Notes: generated by a model from the sequence alone, not told the origin. A stretch of 62,865 bases of DNA, filler included, from Circinaria calcarea (GCA_051942165.1; 46 parts of 46 records of this genome joined end to end with filler, not necessarily neighbours in it), one strand, 5' to 3'; numbered from the whole stretch's first letter, positions 1 to 12,430 are shown. A program made the numbers and translations.

Positions 1-310
1 TCCCCCTTTGTTCTTTCTTCTTTACTTGTGCCGGTGCCGGGCAGTGTCAACTAACTACCTTGGCCCAGAACCACACCCCCCCCCCCAAACTTTTTCACCA
101 CAAGAACATGGCCTAATTATCACCATCAACCCCCCTCCTTGGCTGGCTAAGATTGGGATATAGCGTAGAAAAACCACAGTTCCTATCTTGAAACTTATTC
201 CACCTACTTGTTTTTTTCACCGGTTTTGTTCAGCGCAAAAGCTCGCTGAAGGCCCCCCTTGGGGTCCGGGTGCTGCGAGTTACCGTTCGTGGGGGCTGGG
301 TTTTGGGTGC

Positions 311-340
311 GGGTTCGGGTTCGGGTTCGGGTTCGGGTTC
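311..340. repeat. (GGGTTC)5 microsatellite
   Basis: Read directly: five tandem GGGTTC units. Confidence 0.9.
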
Positions 341-1282
341 GGGGGAGGTGTTGCTGGGTTTTTTTGGTATGCTATGGTATGCTATATTATGCTATTACGC
401 TGGTTTACATGGACCCTGCCCCCTTTTTTTCTTCTGGGACGGAGGAGATGGTGCGGGCGGGTTTTTCCAAAGGCCCCTTGCTCCGGAAGACGCGGATGTA
501 ATCGTGATCGGAGGTCGGGCCTCTGGGATAAGAAGGGTATGGTAAGGTTTACAGAGTTGAAGCACCCTATCGGAAGGCCAGACTCGGGAAAGCTTAAAGA
601 TGTAAACCATGGGGGCATGCAACTCTCCAACGGAAAGAAACCTACAAGACCCGAGAGCCGTTGTCGAGTCTGCAGAGGAGAGAAAACGTGGGTGGGGCAG
701 GTTGCTGGCGGAAAGGCTGTCGAAGGACTGGAAAGAAGTAGGAGGTAAATAAAAGGTAAAAGGTAAAAGGAAAAAGGCAAAACGGGTATCGGCTTTGCGG
801 TCGGTTCTGGTCGGTATCGTCGTAAGGAGCCTGGGTAGGGGAGAGTGTTGGTTTGTGCTCTTTAAAAGAGGGTGCGATGCCGGGCCCTACCTCCATATCC
901 TCCATTCTCCATCCAGCCCCTCAAACTTTGCAAACACTCTAGAATAAGAAACTTCCTGGTGCGTGAGGTTTTTCCAATGCATTCTTTTCTTTTTTTGGGC
1001 GTACGGGCCCCATCTCCCCGTGGGGGAAAGAGAATACCCGGTGTCCCCTCCCCCCCCCCTCTGACCGCCTTTTTCAATCGACGCTGCTGCATGGCGCTAG
1101 AGATAAAATACTAGAAATATACTAGGGATACTGTGTATGAAATTCCACTCCTCTCCTCTCCTCTCCTTTCGCACCGTTCCCCTAACTTCCAAGAGAAAAG
1201 GCCGAAGCCCCCTTTGGCACTTGTGTCGTAGCAAAGTTGTTTTTTTGCAGCGGGAGGGGAGGTGGTTGGGGATGGGCAGGGT

Positions 1283-1382
1283 NNNNNNNNNNNNNNNNNN
1301 NNNNNNNNNNNNNNNNNNNNNNNNNNTTAATTAATTAANNNNNNNNNNNNNNNNNNNNNNNNNNNNNNNNNNNNNNNNNNNN
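1283..1382. other. Artificial contig linker N44-TTAATTAATTAA-N44 (first of 45 identical linkers; last at 61512-61611)
   Basis: The same 100-nt spacer recurs about every 1.35-1.38 kb. The palindromic 12-mer puts stops in all six frames. Segment lengths fall steadily from 1282 to 1254 bp. Confidence 0.99.
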
Positions 1383-1383
1383 G

Positions 1384-1566
1384 ATTAGGGGAGTAGTGGG
1401 GGATGGGAGGGAGGTTGGAGTTGGAGTTGAAATTGGGGGGACTGAAGGAAAGAGTGAAGGAGAGGAAGAGGAGGATGTCAAAGGTGAGGGAAAGAAAAAG
1501 GGAATGGAGGTCGGGATGACCGAGGAAGAAGAGAGGGAATTGGCGGAGTTGATGGATGAGGATTAA
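1384..1566 (+). CDS. 3' end of an unidentified protein with an acidic tail (...GMTEEEERELAELMDED*), partial
   Basis: Open frame from the contig start to TAA at 1564-1566, convergent with the YAT1 3' end; family not recognised. Confidence 0.4.
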   Translation: MRGVVGDGREVGVGVEIGGTEGKSEGEEEEDVKGEGKKKGMEVGMTEEEERELAELMDED

Positions 1567-1765
1567 ATTAACGAGTCAGACAACAAGCAGAAAGTCCGTC
1601 TTTTTGAATAAGAATAGACCACCAACTACATTCATTCATTTCCCATCCGAGTAATCTATAAACCGACATATCCCACAACAAAACGACTAAATACAACCCC
1701 CGCTGACTTCCCCCCCCCATACCGTACCGTACCGTACTTTACTTCTCCCAATCCACCTACCATAA

Positions 1766-2664
1766 TTAATACTCACTCAACCGCAACTTCTTGCCCACCG
1801 CCTTCCTCGCCTGTCCCACGGCTTTCTGGCTCGGTTTGGTCTCTTCTTCCTGGCTGGCCTTGAGAGCTTGCAGCAGCATGCCGGAGTCGAAGAAACCGTC
1901 TAATGTGTAGAAAAAGAAAAGAAAAGAAGTTTGGTTAGTTGAGGATTGGTTTGGCTATGGGGAAACGGAAACAGAGGGCTAGAGGGGTTAGAGAACTTAC
2001 AACCCCCCAATTCATCATCGCTTTCCTCCTTGCTACCACTGCTCTGCGGGGTCTCGATACCCCCCTTGCCCGCCTCCGCCGTGATCATGCGACCCCGGCC
2101 TCTCAGACTCCTGCCCACATTCGGCGCTTCGTCCTTCTCGCGCGCCCGACTCGTCTTGGGCGACGTCGCTTTCCGCTGCGTCATGCGGAGCAGCTTCCGG
2201 ATCTCCAAGAGGTACGACTCGAGGGCGTCGACGAAGCGTTTGGTCTGGCGGTGCTTGGAGCTGGCGCAAATGGCGATGGAGTCGTCTTTGATTATGTAGC
2301 CGATGCCGAAGCCGTCGCCCGAGGTGGGGCCGAAGCCGAATTGGCGCAGCGACGGGTTCCCGCAGTTGGAGGTCGAGAGGATGGTGTTGTTGATCTTGTC
2401 CCAGCCGGCGTCGGCGAAGATGGCGGGCATGAGTTGGGGTGGAGGGGAGTGGCGGGAGGGGGAGCCGTGGTCGGGGCTGATGGAGTTTCGGGTCTGGGAG
2501 GTGGGCGCTTTGTCGGATACGCCGTCGGTGGGGCTGGAGCGGCCGTTGGAGCTCATGCCGTTGCTGCTGGCGGCTTCGGCGCCTTCGTCGTCGAGGGCAC
2601 GTTGCCAGACGCAGAAGAGGGCGTAGAGGTGGCGGTCGTGGCCGAGGGCTTTGGAGCATTCTTT
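1766..2664 (-). CDS. YAT1: Carnitine O-acetyltransferase (YAT1/FacC type), C-terminal part; intron 1900-2000
   Basis: KECSKALGHDRHLYAL, ILSTSNCGNPSLRQFGFGPTSGDGFGIGY; the spliced last exon reads YGFFDSGMLLQAL...VGKKLRLSEY*. Confidence 0.92.
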
Positions 2665-2795
2665 NNNNNNNNNNNNNNNNNNNNNNNNNNNNNNNNNNNN
2701 NNNNNNNNTTAATTAATTAANNNNNNNNNNNNNNNNNNNNNNNNNNNNNNNNNNNNNNNNNNNNAATGGTGATGCGGAAGATTAATCTATAACAG

Positions 2796-4046
2796 GGAGG
2801 AGATGATACCTTTGGCGCTTACCCCGAACACCTTCGGGCCCTCATAAGCCATGCGCTACCCAAGATCTCTGTTGCAGCGGTAACATATCCACAATTCGAG
2901 ACTCGAGGTGACTTGAAGCAATGCGTTGGGAGATTCCGAGAATGGTCAGGATCCGCGATCCGCGCCTTTGATCCACTGGTTGGTTAACGGTCTAATGACT
3001 GATATGTATAATGGGATTATCTAGGCTTCAAAATATCGTTATCGACCTCGAGGTTGCTGCATCGACCCCATCTCCAACCATAGATCCCTCGATTCGCACA
3101 ATCCTTATTGGCCACTCAATGGGCGGTATCGTCGCAGCCGATACCCTCCTGGCGATAGTTTCTGAACCTCCTGTCCCCCCTGCCACATCCTTCAAGGGAA
3201 CTGCTTCAGAATCCAAGTCTCCATCCCCTCCACCTTCGCCTCAACCTTTCATGTTCCCCTACATCCAAGGTGTCCTCGCCTTCGATACCCCCTACCTCGG
3301 AATAGCCCCAGGAGTAGTCGCCCATGGCGCAGAAACTCACTACAAAACCGCCTCTACCGCGTATGCAGCCCTCTCTGAAGTCGCCGGTGTCTTTGGCTGG
3401 GGCGCTGGCGCCTCCCCCAGCAAACAACAAGCTCCCCACCCGCAACAGAAAGCCCTCCCTGTTGGCCCAGAAGCGGCAAAAGAAGCAGTAGCGGCTAGCG
3501 TGACGGCTTCCAGCAACTCTCATGTAGATGCAGCTGCAATTCCCGCTTGGCAGAAGTGGGGCAAATACGCCATGTTTGCCGGTGCGGCAGGAGCAGTCGC
3601 AGCAGGTGGAGCAGCAGCTTACTTGAAACGCGACACCATTACCGAAGGCTGGACATGGGTGGGCTCGCACCTTGAATTCGTCGGCTGCCTCATGCGCGGC
3701 GAAGAGCTCAAATCACGCCTCCAACAAATAACCACTTTGGAAAAAACCAGGCAAATCGGCTTCGCGGACCTCGTCACCGTCCTCGGTAGAGGCGCCTTTC
3801 AACCGGCGGATAAGACCGTTGTCGGGGGATTTGTCGAGATTGGCGGGGTTGGGAAAGAAGACAAGAGGACGTTTTGCTCGATGCCGCGGTCGAAAGAGTT
3901 GCAGAAGTATTTTGAGGGAATGGTGAATGAAAAGGCAACGGATGAAACGGTGGCGCATATGAGCATGTTTACGCCGAGGGATAATCCGGGGTATTATGCG
4001 ATGAGTGAGAGGGCGAAGGAATTGGTGGTTGGGTGGGTGGATAGGG
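2796..4046 (+). CDS. Alpha/beta-hydrolase fold protein (DUF676/PGAP1-like), partial, one intron near 2945-3024
   Basis: GGDDTFGAYPEHL exon, nucleophile elbow ILIGHSMGG, LAFDTPYLG, C-terminal AHMSMF. Confidence 0.75.
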
Positions 4047-4146
4047 NNNNNNNNNNNNNNNNNNNNNNNNNNNNNNNNNNNNNNNNNNNNTTAATTAATT
4101 AANNNNNNNNNNNNNNNNNNNNNNNNNNNNNNNNNNNNNNNNNNNN

Positions 4147-4382
4147 CCTTCACAAGGTTGGTGTCCCAAGCGTTCCTCGAAATGTGTAGGTTATCGTAGC
4201 ATTGCTCCTAGAACTATATCGGCAGGTGCATCATGAAGCTTCCAGTTGTACTAGATTCGTACCTTTCTCGTGGGTCGGCCGAAGACATGCCCTGTAGATT
4301 CTGTGGTCAGCTTCGAGTCCCGAGGTGGCACCTTCAATGCAGTCTCACGATATTTCGACGAGCGAACAAAACGACCTGACAT
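4147..4382 (-). CDS. CRN1: Coronin, N-terminal exons (4349-4382, 4263-4291, 4147-4207); missed by the ORF track
   Basis: Spliced translation MSGRFVRSSKYRHVFGRPTRKEQCYDNLHISRNAWDTNLVK with two GT-AG introns. Confidence 0.93.
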
Positions 4383-5192
4383 CTGCGCTCATGCAAGTAT
4401 CAGAAGCTCTGTAATTCCAGTATGCTTGAGGTGCCTCCTGGTTGAGTTGGGTGAAATGAGGTTGCCAAATGTAACCTTAAAATATATGCTTGAAAATTGG
4501 AAGCCTTGAGTACTTTCACTGCGTTGTCTGTACTATAGGCGAACACTAGATACTGGGATGAGTCTATCTATGCACGCTTGCCATATTCTAATACGGTCTA
4601 TTGAATATTGTGATTTCATAGGTCAGATTCACAGTTTATTGGGAGAAAGCATTTGTATTTCAACCGCTTAAGTGGGCAACTATCTATGCTGCATCAGCAG
4701 CGATCGGGCTTGAACTTGTCGGATTTAGACAGATGAGAGAGCATCAATGAGTATTGCTTTCGCCGCCCCAGCTCATCTACACTGATTGCAAATGTTGGTG
4801 TATTGCAGAACGCGGAGTCTGTCGATAGCTAACCCTCACTGACAACAACCGGTGCAGGTATGGACCTATGTTGTAATGTAAGCTTATAAAGTCATCGGAC
4901 TTGTCCAGTCACATTGACCTAGGGACTCTAGAAATTCAGTGGATGCTGCGGATTTTCTCGGTGCTCTCTTTTCTTTTCATGAAACAATTGGTTTCAACGC
5001 TCCTTGTACAGTCAAAAGCGCGGCTTCATACGAGAGAAACGCAACGCCAGCCGAAATATGGAGTTTTGTTTTCGTCACAGAAACCGCATATAGAAATGGG
5101 AAAGTTCACGTACTTCATGTCCAGATTTGTATGTATATCTTCGTCGTCGGTCCTCGAAACGAATGCTTTTGCTGCTGTACGTAATCCAAACC

Positions 5193-5428
5193 TCAATGTT
5201 TATGACGAGCTGAAGTACTAATCATTTTCTTTTTGATGTGCTTTGGCATCTTCTTTTCTCGTTGCTCTCTCTTTTCCTCCTTCACTTGCTTTTTATGCTC
5301 TTTCTTTGCCTCTTTGTCCTCAAACCGTTTTCCTCGCGGGCCTTTCTTCGCAAAGGGGTCAGATCCATCATCGTCACTCTCTGAAGCGTCACTATTGGTC
5401 TCGTCAGAGTCACCTTTAGGAGCGTCGT
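5193..5428 (-). CDS. RIO1: RIO1 atypical kinase, C-terminal tail (partial)
   Basis: ...PRGKRFEDKEAKKEHKKQVKEEKREQREKKMPKHIKKKMISTSARHKH*, the characteristic RIO1 basic tail. Confidence 0.85.
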
Positions 5429-5685
5429 NNNNNNNNNNNNNNNNNNNNNNNNNNNNNNNNNNNNNNNNNNNNTTAATTAATTAANNNNNNNNNNNNNNNN
5501 NNNNNNNNNNNNNNNNNNNNNNNNNNNNCTGCCCTTACTGTATGGGATTTGGTACAGAAAGAACATTATGATTCACCAGCAGAGAATAACGAGTCCACCA
5601 TCTTGGGATCAGCCAGCGTTGTACGGGCTCGTAGGGCTGTTCTGCAAGTGTGGACATCAATACAGCTACCAGAGATCCCTGAGCT

Positions 5686-6809
5686 ATGCCGCATCCGGTT
5701 AAATGCCGCAGTATTCCCCCCCCCCCTAATTTTTAATAATTGATTATTATAAAACAACAAGAGCAATTGGCGCTGTAAAAATTAGATATATTATAAATTA
5801 AATATATGAGAATAAGAATTGATTATTAATAAATTAATTATCTAAATATTTAGGCCTATGAATAAGCCTTCTATATAATATAATTTTAACCTCCTTTTCA
5901 ACCTCCTCCTCTATTATAATAGTTATTGGCCTTTGGACCTTTTATTTTCTAATTTTCCTAATATCAGAATATTCCTTGCTAATCTTCCGTAGCGTTAATT
6001 ACTCCTCCTTCTCTTATTTAATAATTTTTTTTAGCTCTTTTTAAGCCTGCCTTTCTGCCGCCTTCGTAGCCTTTATTTCCTCTATAATTCGCCGTCTCTC
6101 AGCCAGAGCTATTATCTTCTTTTCTTTATCCTCCTTTTTTTACTTTTTCTTAATAATAGCCTGAGCCTTCCGATCCTTAATTACTTATTTTTTAATTAAT
6201 TTATTCTTTTCTTTAACCGCCTGATGCTCTCTAGCAGCCTGTACCTTTAATAAATTAAAAAATTAAAATCTAAAATCCTCCTCACCGAATAAATTAAGGC
6301 GTTTATTTTTATTTCAACGTTTCTTCTTTTATTAAAAAGCGTTAAATAGCCCCTTAATAATGTGTTGATTAATAAAACGTTCCGCAACGAGATATTTATT
6401 TACGCGAAAGATTTTCGATATAAATATATCTTTTAATTTAAATTTATATATACGGTATAAACGACGAATAATACGGCAGCTAATTAATATTTTTAATAAT
6501 ATAAAAGCCTTAATTAGCTGTTTTTTAATAATTTTATCGAGAATAAAACTCGGTTTATATAAAAATACGCCGGTTTTCTCGAATCTAGAAATAATATTCT
6601 TTTGGTAAAATGCGCGTTATTAAATAGATTAAAAAATATTAAGAATAAGGATTCTACACTGCGTGGAGGAACTAGTATTCGGAGCGGTTGAATTATCCAC
6701 CGAACGTATATATAGCAGAGCCTTCTGCTATATAATTCCATAATGAAGTCTATATATATAAAATAGTAATTATTATAGCCAATATAATTTATTCCATTCT
6801 ATATTATAT
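5686..6809 (-). mobile_element. RIP-degraded pogo/Fot1-like (Tc1/mariner superfamily) transposon, 3' part
   Basis: Abrupt switch to AT/TpA-rich DNA. Minus-strand relics KRLNLFGEEDF..FFN..KVQAAREHQ and RRLIHRPKYLDN* resemble the C-terminus of fungal pogo transposases; many stops. Left boundary approximate. Confidence 0.7.
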
Positions 6810-7435
6810 NNNNNNNNNNNNNNNNNNNNNNNNNNNNNNNNNNNNNNNNNNNNTTAATTAATTAANNNNNNNNNNNNNNNNNNNNNNNNNNNNNNNNNNN
6901 NNNNNNNNNCAGATCTGACAATTCGGTAAGAAAATGTATACCATCAACTGCATTAGTAGAGAAGAGGTTTGCTCAAGGTCCTTTCACACTGTGATGACCA
7001 TTGAGGCTCTTCTACGTGGCTTTAAACCCGACTAAGTGAGCCGTTGAGGACCTTGGTTGTCAGCGTATATCTAGGCGTACTAGTAGCCCTAAATCCCAGA
7101 AGAGCTAAGCTACTTTGGTCTCCACTATCAAGCTCCACTATCGGTGTTTGGCTAATGTAACGTCAATCCACCTTCAAATCCGCTGACAAGACAGCATACT
7201 CACCACAGACCATTACACGTTTGTTGATCCATACATTGGGTGCTCAAGCCCCCTGCTGCCTCGTGGATTACAAATCCAATAAGTTATCAGCAGGGCCTGG
7301 TGCATGAGATTTGATTGGCTGTAGACCTCCCAGGGCTCGCACGTCATGTGGTGCCTGTCGCCTAGCCCAACCTCTACGGGACGAGAAAATTCTCAGCAGT
7401 TTACATCTATTACAAGCAGTTCATTGAGCTGAGCC

Positions 7436-8190
7436 ATGTCTGCCATTGAGCCATACGAAGTATCTGTTCCTGAAGCAAAGCTTGAGGGTCTCGCTCAAAA
7501 GCTTTCTTTTATTAACTTACCCGATGAACTAGAGGAAGCAGATTGGACTTATGGAGCCCCATTAACTGACGTGAAGCGTCTTTCGGCATATTGGAAAGAT
7601 GGATTCAATTGGAAGAGTATCGAAGCTAAGATCAACGAACTTCCAAACTACTGCACCACTATTCAGGCGAATGGATTTGAGCCCCTAAAGATTCATTTCG
7701 TTCACCAAAAGAGCGAGGTGCAAGGAGCCATCCCGTTACTATTCTCCCATGGATGCAAGTACATTGGTTCTCACCCGCCAATACACCTGTCTGACTGATC
7801 TGGTAGGGCCAGGAAGTTTCCTCGAGGTGGAAAAACTTCTCCCCCTTCTAGCTGGTGAAGGCAAAGACAGTCCAGCCTTCGATATCGTTGCGCCGTCACT
7901 ACCAAACTTCGGATTCTCAGAGGGCACTAAAAAGCGTGGTTTTGGTTTTTCGCAATATGCTGAGACATGCCACAAACTAATGCTAAGACTTGGGTACAAA
8001 GAATATGTGACACAAGGCTAGTCAATCCCATGAGTGGAGTGGAATACACAATGCTAACGGAATTAAGGCGGAGATTGGGGCAGCATGATCACTCGGACCA
8101 TAGGCCTATTGTACCCGGAATCCTGCAAGGCATCGCACATAAATATGATTGATGCTAACGCTCCAAAATGGACATCACAACCTTTGTTAG
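7436..8190 (+). CDS. Epoxide hydrolase (EHN + alpha/beta hydrolase), 5' part; introns 7755-7806 and 8017-8067, both GC-AG
   Basis: [52 protein letters not shown] after splicing. Confidence 0.93.
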
Positions 8191-8668
8191 NNNNNNNNNN
8201 NNNNNNNNNNNNNNNNNNNNNNNNNNNNNNNNNNTTAATTAATTAANNNNNNNNNNNNNNNNNNNNNNNNNNNNNNNNNNNNNNNNNNNNGGGGGAAAGT
8301 GGGGAAAAGGAAAAGGAAAAGGAAAAGGAAAAGGGAAAAGGACTTCTGGTGAGAAAAGGGAAGGCGGGAAGGGGTTGGGTTGGAATGCCGGGAGGGGAAA
8401 TAGACGGAGAGCCGGGAGGAGACTAAGAGTGAGGGGTGGAAGGGAAAAGGAGAAAAGGGCTTACGGTGGACAATGGAGTGAGCGTCTACCAATGGATGCG
8501 TTCATTATGTGTGTCACATGGTCATGTTGGAAATTGTTTTTCCAGCTTGCTATCAAGTTGGATGAGGCCAATTCAGCAGAGGGAATTTCTGCGATGATAT
8601 TAGGGGGAAAACCCCTTTTTAGCTAGAGAGTCGAACAGATACATAGCGCGAAAATGGGTATCAAAACC

Positions 8669-9570
8669 TTACATGGCCTCCCAAATCTTTGATTTTGATA
8701 CGCAAAGGGAATCCTGCCGAGCGCCCACGAAAACGATGACAGCATGGATGATGAGGAGTAGTCGAGCACGATAGAGCGCAGATTCCATGAACAGGAAGTC
8801 GAAGATTGCCAGAGAAAGCAACGACACGGCCACCCAAGGGTCAGCTGCGACCGGCAGGCACTGTAGGAAAAGGGAGACGATCTTGATGATGAGGAAGGTA
8901 AGCTTGATCATTTGCACAAAGTCTCTGATGTAGTCACGGGACGGGTCCATTCCAGATTCAAGAGGGTCAGGGACCTCTGCCTCCTCAATCGGAGAAGAAT
9001 GCCTGGATCGCAAGACGAGGCTGCCGCCGGGACTTGTAGCACGCTCCTTCTCGTCGACTTCCGTAATTGAATTTCCCGGAAACGGTGCCACGCGAAGCTT
9101 AGCCGGAGGCCCTGACTGACCGAATTCCATGGACTTCTTTAGCCCTGGGGACCGAAGCCCAGGGCTCGTCGAAGGAGTGCTGTGCACGGATTGAATTTTT
9201 GGTATGATGGGATGCGACACTGGAGATCGAGATCTCAGCTCCGAACTCTCCTCGAGTCCGGATAAGGTATCTAAGCGACGTAAAATATCTTCGGCTGAAG
9301 GTCGTTTGTTTGGATCCAACGAAAGCAACCATTGCAGCGACTTGTATAGTTTATCTGGCAGGTCCGGTCGCAAACTTTTCTGATCTTCGAGGCCAGCCCA
9401 TGTCGCAATTTCGGTTCTTAGCAGCTTCAAATCTTCGTTCTCTTCGTTCATGATGTCCGCATTACGATACGGCAGGTTGGCAAAACATAAAAAGTGCAGT
9501 ATCATGCCCAAAGAGAAGACATCCGACTTGAACGTAAAATTCCCGTAAGCCCCTGAAGGACCTTCTTTGC
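8669..9570 (-). CDS. IKS1: IKS1-like Ser/Thr protein kinase, C-terminal part with hydrophobic tail
   Basis: GNFTFKSDVFSLGMILHFLCFANLPY, LLSLDPNKRPSAEDIL (subdomains IX-XI), then predicted TM helices. Confidence 0.8.
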
Positions 9571-10560
9571 NNNNNNNNNNNNNNNNNNNNNNNNNNNNNN
9601 NNNNNNNNNNNNNNTTAATTAATTAANNNNNNNNNNNNNNNNNNNNNNNNNNNNNNNNNNNNNNNNNNNNCGGAGAATCCCCAATTAGCCAAAGTTACAG
9701 AACCTTTTACGAAAGACAAGGCCATTTCTCAGTAGCGAGGAAATTGAGAGATGCGAGTAATGAAGGATGAATGATTCTTAGCCATCTTACCTTTGCGATG
9801 TGGAGATTTAAGTAGTAGACTTAACGAGGTCAAGAATTTGGTGCAAGGCTGCAGATGAAATTTGCAGCCTGAGGAAGTTCCACAGCCTCGCTGAATAAGG
9901 CTGTCTTAAACCCCATTGGTCACAATGTTAGGAATGAGGCTGACCGCGCCAAGTAGTATACCGGAGGTTCCATGCTGGTAATATGTCACGCTTTGCGTAA
10001 GCAGAAAGTGTTCCCCCATTCTGTTCATTGCCCTTACGGGTATAATGCAAGGTATCTCCCTAGACTTTAGGAGGAGACGGCCGTGTATTCAGAATCACGG
10101 CCGCTATTTGCCATGAGCTGCTATTCGTCTCTCACGATTGGGTAAGAGCAAGGAGTCTCCGAAAGCGAAATGGAGAGCAACTCTTGCGTTGAACGTCCCA
10201 GTCAGGTAGGAAAGGTAAACGGACAGACAGCTTGTACTAGTGCGGGCGTCCCAGTGCAGCTTATAGGGCTACAATCACGTTACTTCTTAGTCATGGCAAG
10301 CTTGCAAAATGCTGAGAAGTTACATTTTACATGAACCTTATGGTAGTTTGCACTTTGACTTATTATCTGTTATTAATAGTATCATTCCTATTCGACCCCC
10401 ACGACGATCTAAACCATTCCTAGCGTAAAGACTCCTTTTATTTGACAGGACATACATCTCCAATGTCGGAATAAATCCGTACTATCTCGACTGGACTGTG
10501 TTTGAGTAACTCGAGGAATCTAATATACCAGCTACATAGTGCCGTAATCTCCAAACGCCA

Positions 10561-10950
10561 TCATGTCTCCACCCACTGATAGCTCTCCACCTTCTCCCAA
10601 CTCCTCGGCCAGTACTCAATCTCTACCTCACCCACCCCCTCCCTCTTTACCAAAATCTTCATGTTCCTCTCAAAGTCACCTTGCACCTGCCAGATAAACG
10701 TACTCTTCAAAATCTCATCGCCTTCCTTCAAACCTGCTTTCGCGGCACGGCTACCTGCTTTAAGTCCGCTGACCACCTTTGTTTTGTACGAGGAGTCGTC
10801 GCAGCCTAAGTCGAGGACTTCCTGATCGTGTCGAAGAAGCATGAAATCTGGGGCGAGACAGTCTGCAGCAGGGATGATGAATTCGCCGGCATCCATGGCA
10901 TTGAAATCAGCTGCTGCAGAAGGGCCAAGCTCGGCGGTCAGTAACGAAAG
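10561..10950 (-). CDS. C-terminal PDZ-like region of a probable peptidase M61-like protein (partial)
   Basis: VVSGLKAGSRAAKAGLKEGDEI PDZ-like motif and terminal IEYWPRSWEKVESYQW. Confidence 0.55.
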   Translation of the reverse strand, partial: LSLLTAELGPSAAADFNAMDAGEFIIPAADCLAPDFMLLRHDQEVLDLGCDDSSYKTKVVSGLKAGSRAAKAGLKEGDEILKSTFIWQVQGDFERNMKILVKREGVGEVEIEYWPRSWEKVESYQWVET

Positions 10951-11527
10951 NNNNNNNNNNNNNNNNNNNNNNNNNNNNNNNNNNNNNNNNNNNNTTAATT
11001 AATTAANNNNNNNNNNNNNNNNNNNNNNNNNNNNNNNNNNNNNNNNNNNNCCCCCCGGCCCCCACAAAAAAGAACATAGAAAAAAACCACGAAACGAAAA
11101 AATACGCAAATATTATTGCATTGCATCGCAAAATCTGGCCCGATTCAGGAATCTCCCTCCTCCCCACCCTGGGGCTCCCAAGAAAAATAACATGGGTAGG
11201 AGGTAGGATTGAGTTTTTAGAGAAGAAGAAAAAACGAGAAATGTATAAATTGGGCATTTGTGGTAAAGGGAAAAGGGAAAAGGGAAAAAGGTAGATGAAA
11301 GGGAAGATGAAAAGGGAAAGGGAAAAAGGGGAACACTTACCAAGTTACCGTCGTAGCCAGCGGGAGTGAGTAGTGGGAGTGAGGGGGTATCTCCAGGGGT
11401 TATTTCAGCCGGGCATTAAAGGTGGGAGGGGATAGGGATAGGGATAGGGATGAGATTTTTGCAAGTGTAGTGCAAGTGCAATGCAATGTAGTGCAGTGCA
11501 GTGCAGGGGAGTTGAGAAATATGGTGC

Positions 11528-11561
<34 letters not shown>

Positions 11562-11770
11562 GAGGAAGAAATTATCAGATAGAAGAGTTTGTTTATATTA
11601 TTTTAAAAGAAAAACACCCTTGCGGATTGAGAATTACCAGAACCAATTTAAAAACCCAAATTTCTATTATCCCCCTCAGCCTTCTTTCCAAAAACCCTCC
11701 TGAATTTCCCTCCCCCTTTCCGAAAAACAAGTCCTGATACGCCCCTTCTTCCTTCCTTCTCATTTCCCAC

Positions 11771-12330
11771 TTACAAGAACTCCATACCCTCCCGGCAAAC
11801 TCCCCCTTCACAAACCATGACCCGAAGGACTTTCCCATCCGTGCTTCCCGCCTCCAAATCCCGCAGGAGCGGATTCCTCCCCCTCAACCAGGCATCATCC
11901 CTCTTCCTCCCTCCAACCCGACATACCGTCCTGCCGACGCCGACACCGGCCCTCACTTTCCTCATCAGCGCCTTCCTTTCCTCTTGCTCTTCCTCTTCTC
12001 CCTCTTCTCCCTCTCCTTCCTTCCCACCCACCACGAGCACCACTCCCTTGACGCCCAAAGCCCCCATCACCACACTCGGCAGCATGCCGCCGAAGCAAAA
12101 GGGCCACTGCTCCACCTCGGCCTCGAAGGCTAGGACCGTCTCTTTGGCCACGCGGGCGTAGGTGTCGTCGCCAAGGAGCGAGGAGAGCCGGTAGAGGTTC
12201 GAGGCCGAGATGCTGTTGGCCGAGGGTTCGGCGGCGTCCATGCCGCATTTGAGACGGAGGAGGAGGTCCGAGGGGGGTGGAGAAGAAGAGGAGGCGGGGG
12301 TGGTGGTGGTGGTGGTGGTGGTTTTTGAAG
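11771..12330 (-). CDS. SPATA20/YyaL (DUF255) family protein, C-terminal part
   Basis: LLLRLKCGMDAAEPSANSISASNLYRL, FEAEVEQWPFCF, terminal VMVCEGGVCRE. Confidence 0.85.
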
Positions 12331-12430
12331 NNNNNNNNNNNNNNNNNNNNNNNNNNNNNNNNNNNNNNNNNNNNTTAATTAATTAANNNNNNNNNNNNNN
12401 NNNNNNNNNNNNNNNNNNNNNNNNNNNNNN

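Noticed and set aside
311..340. (GGGTTC)n as a telomere-like repeat
   Set aside because: Internal, only five units and not TTAGGG; one of many microsatellites. The overlapping ORFs at 188-780 are low-complexity artefacts.
1327..1338. Regularly spaced TTAATTAATTAA repeat resembling a CRISPR-like or periodic array
   Set aside because: It is always embedded in N44 on both sides, so it is an artificial six-frame-stop linker; ORFs ending in XXX-LIN are artefacts
1939..2712. Long alternative-frame and antisense ORFs over GC-rich genes (also 26608-27443, 44459-45165, 46845-47510)
   Set aside because: Shadow ORFs produced by high-GC codon usage of the real genes
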